NCBI RefSeq assembly: GCF_009914755.1
Contig: NC_060934.1
DNA: 64,000 nt
DNA from: the human T2T-CHM13v2.0 reference genome, Homo sapiens
Reading direction: 5' to 3' (one strand)
Both the position numbers and the translations under genes were made by a program. Shown here piece after piece: positions 55,601 through 64,000 of the stretch. Every line of letters starts with the position of its first letter. Within the stretch, counting starts at the first letter, position 1. Below the pieces are notes generated by a model. That model saw only the letters and a list, made by a program, of their open reading frames with translations. It was not told where the DNA came from and made no database searches.

Positions 55601-57260
55601 GAAAGTCTCGTGTTTAATCTCTTCTCTATTTCCATTATCAGAGCCCAGTCAGATCTTAGTACTTTATATCTAGGTCCTGACTCATCTCTAGGGCTCCAGG
55701 CAGCCTCTGGTCCATTTCATTCTGCATGTTGTGCTAGACTAGCAATGCTCTTTTTGTGCCACCCTGAACATCCCTCTCCTGCTTAAAAACATTATTTTCC
55801 TTTTCCTTGCTTTTTCATTTTTATCTTTCTTCTTTTCATCACTTTCTTCTAAATGCTCTATCTCTTATCTCCTCATTATTTCTCAAACTTTCTCCACTCA
55901 CGCCCAGTTAGCTTTCTTCTTGCGCAAGTACGCTACACTTATTCACTTCTGCTCATTCTCACTTCTGGGCCCGAGCTTCTATTTCCTTTGCCAGGAATTC
56001 CCCATCCCTAACCCTCTGTGCTTATCCAGAGTTCATCTCTTTTTCTGTGTGTTGTGCTCAAGCTATGATAAACTTCAATTCCACAGACAGTGTCCTGTTT
56101 TCCACTCCCTACCTCACTTTGTTTGCCAAGATGTCCCTATAATCCCTGATTGGCCTGTTCTTTAAAAACCAAGCATAAGTGTTATCCTTCTCTGACAAGT
56201 CTCCCACTAATCTCTTCTTCTAAGAAGGAATAAGGAGTGCTCTGTATTCCCACAGCAACTTGCACTTACCTCAGTTATATGTTACATTTTCTTAATTATT
56301 TATATCTCTCCCACATTAGTCTCTGCATTTTTTGAGCATATTAAGACATTATATCTTATTTATCTTTTAATAAATATTGGTTGAATGATTGAATTAATTT
56401 GGGGGTAACTGAGGCTTTTCCTCAGTTGTCTACAGTCATTGAAAAGTGACATGAGCATAGTGGATTTAGGACAATGTTTTTAAACTTTTAGCATTGTAAC
56501 CCTGTTTCAAATAAATCTTATACATTGTACATTTCAAATGGGTAGTTTTTATGGTATGCAAATTATATCTGAATAAAGTTGTTAAAAAAAAGACTGACTG
56601 AACAGTCTTTCAGTGGGGCTTGCAAAGTAGTCTGGTACAACAGTCCTGTAGCCTTAGATAGCTCTTGGTAATTAAGTGAATGATAACTGCACCATTTTGT
56701 TCTGTTCTGTTTTGTTTTGTTTTGTTTCTTTTCCTTCTTCCATTGCCTGGGCATTTCCACCAGAAGGGAGGTTAAAGAAAGAAAGAGAATGATTCAGTTA
56801 GCAACACTTAGCCACTTAGTAAACAGCCACTCTTAAGTTTTCACGAGTTTTAGAGTTGAAAAGAATATTTTTCCCAAAAAGAAGTTTGTGAGTTTTGGAA
56901 TTCCTTCATGAACAGTTAGTTTATATTTGCCTGTAGCTTTCTTGTTTCACCAGAGTATTCTGCGGGTGTTAAATGTGATTTTCCTCAAAGTCATTTAGAC
57001 ATATTTAAAGGTTAGATAATTTTATTCTTCTCAAGAGAATGTCTTTCTTAAAGAATATAATGCTAATGTTAAATTTTAGTCAGATTAAAATAAAATTTAG
57101 TTGGGAAGTTTTAGACATTAGTTTACTGAGTACTAAAACAATATTACATATTGTGGAAACCAAAATTGAAACAGAAAGCTTGCTGTCTACCCTTTAGGAG
57201 CTTACAGTCTATTTGGGGTTGATATGATTAATGATTTTTAATTTCTTTTTTTTTTAATAG

Positions 57261-57687
57261 GTCACTACTGTTTTTAATGAAGCCACATCATCTTTCGATT
57301 TAAATCCTCAAGTGTTACAACAGTTAGATAGTAAACGACAGCAGGTCCAAATGACAGTTACAGAGACCAACCAGGAGTGGCAAGTGTTGCAGTTGAGAGT
57401 GCATACTTTTGCTGCCTGTGCAGTTGTGAGCTTGCAGCAGCTTCCGGAGAAATTAAATCCTATCATAAAACCATTAATGGAGACAATTAAAAAAGAAGAG
57501 AATACACTAGTGCAAAACTATGCAGCTCAGTGCATAGCTAAACTCCTTCAGCAGTGCACAACAAGGACGCCCTGTCCCAATTCAAAAATTATTAAAAACC
57601 TCTGTAGCTCACTTTGTGTGGACCCATATCTAACTCCTTGTGTCACATGTCCAGTACCAACACAAAGTGGCCAGGAAAATTCTAAAG
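57261..57687 (+). CDS. BTAF1: BTAF1 exon 20 (427 nt; VTTVFNEA...LPEKLNPIIKPLMETIKKEEN...ENSK)
   Basis: aatag|GTCACT ... AAAG|gtatat; longest exon in the window, visible in the ORF track. Confidence 0.97.
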
Positions 57688-58619
57688 GTATATACCTAAA
57701 CTTTTATTTGGGGTAGAGAAATAACCTTTGAAATTTGTTTTTGTTTACTTATGGGTATAATTTAAGCACAAATCCAGTTCATGTTAGTGTTTTTTCCCAT
57801 TCTGAGAGAAAAGGCTTGATTATAACAAAACTCTTTGTTACATGAATTTGCACATAATACTTACCAGTCACAACCCTGTAAGTTCAAAAAAGCCATTCAT
57901 GGAAGATCTGATAGCTGATATAAGGTGACTGAAATCTGTAAGACAGGTGTTCACCCTTACCTTTGCCTTCAAAACCATCATTATATGGTTTACTGTATCA
58001 AGCTAGAAAAGGTAATTGTATCAAATGTTATTTAATGAATTTTTTTTCCTTAACCAAAGGAGCAACCCTATTGACTGAAAAAGTCATTATAAAATCTCTC
58101 GTTTCCCTAATTTAGTGCATGTTTTATGAGATTAGTGAACTTTTAGTACTTTTAGTAAATAATACTTAACCAACTTTTTTGTTTTCACTTGGAGAATTTG
58201 TATGGAAAATGAGAACTGCCCTCTGTAGGCAGGTCTTAAAGACCAGTGTTTTATTCATATGACTCAGTCCTATGTGCTTTTTGTATGTGTGATTGTTAAC
58301 AAGATTTTGGGAAAACAAATTATTTGAAATGTAGTAGACTTACAGCTTTGGTGCAGCATAGATCTTGAAAAATATGTTTATGAACTAGAAGAAGAAAGGT
58401 GGACATTTTGAATATTAACATCTTAAAAATACATTGGGGTCATTCTCCCCCCTCTTACCCCCCTGGTCCATTGCTATATAAGGCAGCATCATTTTGCAGT
58501 GACCAATTTTTTTTTTTTAATTCATGGTGACTCTGCTTTTAAAGAGAACTTGCTTGAGATATTTTTTAATATTTCTCGTTATGCTTAGGCACAATAATTT
58601 TTTAAAAAGTAATAGGCCA

Positions 58620-59940
<1,321 letters not shown>

Positions 59941-60203
59941 CACATTAACTGAAGTCACAATAATTTTTTCATGTGCTGTTTCTCATTGTTCAGATGGCTC
60001 TGCAACCTGGATTGTATTAGGTATAAATCCTATGCAAATAGACTATTTTATTGCCATTTCATTGTCTAAGGAAAATGTCATTGGCCTATAAAAGTTGAGG
60101 CCTAAAAGACATAGTTTAAAAATGTTTTATCTCTTATGGAGCTGAAAACATTTGGTATCACCAATATTATGATTAAAAGGTTGTTTAACTTTTTTCTTAT
60201 TAG

Positions 60204-60394
60204 GATCCACCTCAGAAAAAGATGGAATGCACCATACTGTCACCAAGCACAGAGGTATAATTACACTCTACAGGCACCAGAAAGCTGCCTTTGCTATCAC
60301 AAGTAGGCGAGGTCCTACCCCCAAAGCAGTAAAAGCTCAAATAGCAGATCTTCCTGCAGGAAGTAGTGGAAATATTCTTGTTGAACTTGATGAG
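60204..60394 (+). CDS. BTAF1: BTAF1 exon 21 (191 nt; GSTSEKDGM...VELDE)
   Basis: attag|GATCCA ... GATGAG|gtaagt. Confidence 0.96.
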
Positions 60395-61778
60395 GTAAGT
60401 AGTTTTTTTTTTTTTTTAATGCTTTGATTTTTAAACAAATATCTGACTTACAAATTGAGAACTAAGTTGTATTAGCTTCCAGAGTTGTTTTTAAGTAAAG
60501 AAATGGGATTAATTTTTGGAGTACTCCAACAATATGATCCAGAAAAACGGCAAACTTCAAATATCTCATGTCTCTTGTAATTTTTACCAGCTTAACTTTA
60601 TCTTCCTAGGCAAGACAGCCTTGTAAACTAATTCAGTCCTGTAGCAGTGACTGTAGAGAAGGTGCTCAATAATAGTGAAAGCTAACTTTTCTCTGTCCTT
60701 TCAATGCACAAATGTCATATAATTGCAACCCACCTGACTTTTTTAGTCAATTTGATATTTATTAAATGCTTAGTGTGAGGTAGGGTTCTAAATTTATTTT
60801 TCATATGAACAGCCAGTTATCCCACTATTGAATCCTTTCCTCTCTGATTTATAATGGCACCTCTGTTAATGGCTTCATATGTGTGAGGGTCTATTCAGGC
60901 TTTCCATTATCTCCCATTGGTCCACCTGTTACACCGTACAGTCTTAACAAGCAGTGGTTTTTAAAAAGTGTTTTGTTTTGAAAATCTGACAGTCACATTA
61001 TTAGCAATAGAATGAATGCTCTAGTTAGTTCTTTGGAATGCAAGGCATAGGAATGTACCTCAGTTCAGCAGTAAACCATCAATACTAAAAGACATGTTTC
61101 TGTAAAATATAAACCCCTTTTAAGTTTCTTTTTAAAATCAACAGCTTATCTATATTTCCCTTAAAACATTCTGTAAAGTCTTTTTCATTGACAATATTTC
61201 CCTATAATAATTGTAATAAAAATTTTACTGTGATTTTGATATTTATATCTCTAGTTTGCATAGTTATTCCTCCAATTAAACATAATTTTAAAAATATAAA
61301 TATCTTTTTGGGGGGACAGATTTATGGACCGTAATTACTGCTGAATAAGAATTATTAATCTTGGGGTTAGCTTAAACAGATGATCTTGTACTATCCCTTA
61401 AGTGAATGTAAATAAGGACACATCACTTCATCTATCTTCTCTCTAGCTGACAAGTTTCTTTGAGGTAGAGAGAAGGAGGAAAAAAAATGTCACTTAGGAC
61501 TATCTCTAGAAACAGCACATATCCGTCTGTTCCTTATCCTCAACCCCAAAAAAGTGTTTTACTTTGGTCACAAAAATCTAGTTAGGTGTTGTAGGCCCCT
61601 GTAAATTTAATTATTGGGAAATGTTTATAATTGAGACAAACATGTCTAATAATTGCTTACTTGGTTAATGATAACATTATGAATTCTTAGATGGTGACTT
61701 TTAAATTCTTTTGTTAAAATTTTAAATGTATTATGATTTTTTCTGAAATTCTGTTTTTATCTAACATTTAATTTTAAG

Positions 61779-61932
61779 GCCCAGAAGCCTTACCTGGTAC
61801 AACGGAGAGGAGCTGAATTTGCTTTGACAACTATAGTAAAGCATTTTGGTGGTGAAATGGCAGTGAAGTTGCCACATCTCTGGGATGCTATGGTTGGCCC
61901 ATTGAGGAATACAATCGACATAAATAATTTTG
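61779..61932 (+). CDS. BTAF1: BTAF1 exon 22 (154 nt; AQKPYLVQRRGA...INNF)
   Basis: ttaag|GCCCAG ... TTTG|gtatac. Confidence 0.95.
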
Positions 61933-62019
61933 GTATACACATATTTTTATGAGTCCAGTTTTTAACAAATTTTAATGTCTATTAATTGAATATATCCTTA
62001 TAAAATAAAAATGCCTCTA

Positions 62020-62426
<407 letters not shown>

Positions 62427-62619
62427 TCACTATGTTTAAGTTCTTTGGTTGCTCTACATGTAGTACCCCAGCACTTAAATTAAGGTCATGGCATTTAATT
62501 TTAACACTAAGAAGCAAAATTGACTCTCCTATGCTAGCTGAAAAAGTGCTAAAAGTTTTTGTGTGCTCTAGATTTTGAAAAATTATTTGCCAGATAATAC
62601 AGACAATATATTTTAACAG

Positions 62620-62729
62620 ATGGAAAATCCCTCCTGGATAAGGGAGATAGCCCTGCTCAAGAATTGGTGAATTCTCTGCAGGTTTTTGAAACAGCAGCAG
62701 CTTCAATGGATTCTGAGCTTCATCCCTTG
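62620..62729 (+). CDS. BTAF1: BTAF1 exon 23 (110 nt; DGKSLLDKG...ELHPL)
   Basis: aacag|ATGGAA ... CCCTTG|gtaact. Confidence 0.95.
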
Positions 62730-63479
62730 GTAACTAACTAATGCAAGTGTAATATTTCTTCAAATAAAACAAGTGGTCTTATTAAAAAGTCTTAAGGTTT
62801 GAAAGGTACAGCTTTGATGTCATCCTTATTAATTGCATTTTTCTTTGCTGTGGTATAACTAGATTCCTCCTTTACTAACAGTGCAACTCCTGTGGGCTTT
62901 GATGTAGACCAGGCTGCTTGAATTTAATAGAAAACCCAACCTGGAAGCTTAGAATGTGGGGGCATTGAGGAAAGGACTCTGATGACACAGGAGCCAGATG
63001 TAAATAGGAAAGAAAACTGCAGCCCTGTTCATCCAGATGATCCTAATAATACAGCTCCAAGAAAGGAAAAGCATATATAATGAAATCTGTTTCCTAGATA
63101 AGTACAAAGGTGAAAGGAGTCACCTGCCTAAGGTGAAGCTGGTCAGTGGCAAAGATAGAACACTGGTTTGGGATTTTTTTAAAAAACTATTAAAATGTTT
63201 CTTACAAAAGAATTAGGACAGAGGGAGGAGGAAAATAGAGAATTATCTGGTTTTTTTCATAGAAGAATATTATTCTTTTCATATCTCTGCAATAGGAAGC
63301 TGTCTGCAATTTACCCCATTTTGAAGGGTATTAGCCCAGTTCTCTATTGTTATTTAACACAAAAGGGAGAATCTATGAGAGGGTGGAGAAGAATGGATTT
63401 TTTTTTTTGTACATAGTAATAAAGTATGTCCTTTTACTTGTTAAAAGTTTTGCTGATTTACTGTTAGTAAAGAAAAGTA

Positions 63480-63807
<328 letters not shown>

Positions 63808-64000
63808 TTAATCTTCATAATTAGCAACATGCATTCAGCTGAACTGTAAGGCACATCAAACTGTTGAACAGATACCTGGCTCTCATCAGCATTAATTCTG
63901 GTGTTCCTTGTAGCAGACATTTAGTAAGGTGCTGTTGTGATGCTGTTGTGATTATAACACCTATGGTAAGCCAGGAAGCTACAGTGGACGATACCTACCA

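Overview
Human genomic DNA (primate Alu/L1 landscape, plus one AluYa5, a human-lineage subfamily). It covers the inside of BTAF1 (TAF172/Mot1 orthologue, TBP-associated SNF2-family ATPase) on the + strand. I traced 22 consecutive coding exons, numbered 2-23 on the assumption that a single upstream exon encodes MAVS. All have GT-AG boundaries and splice into one open frame of 3295 nt. This encodes about residues 5-1103, the N-terminal HEAT-repeat/TBP-binding region. Exon 1, the promoter and the ATPase exons lie outside the window. The introns are mostly repeats: about 30 Alus, old antisense L1 fragments, THE1 and MER21 LTRs, Tigger3a and MER58 DNA transposons, L2 and MIR. Almost all ORFs in the supplied track are repeat-derived or exon read-through artefacts. 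I see no new multi-gene system. Best RNA-level leads: a (TG)12(TA)10 tract in place of the exon 10 polypyrimidine tract, a candidate poison exon at the window end, a tandem donor at exon 5, an Alu-flanked exon 5-6 circRNA layout and a near-zero-spacer inverted Alu hairpin. Best genome-repair and retrotransposition scars: a 174-bp and a 43-bp templated local duplication, a tailless U2 retrocopy and a permuted L1. Repeat boundaries and subfamily calls were made by eye and are approximate.
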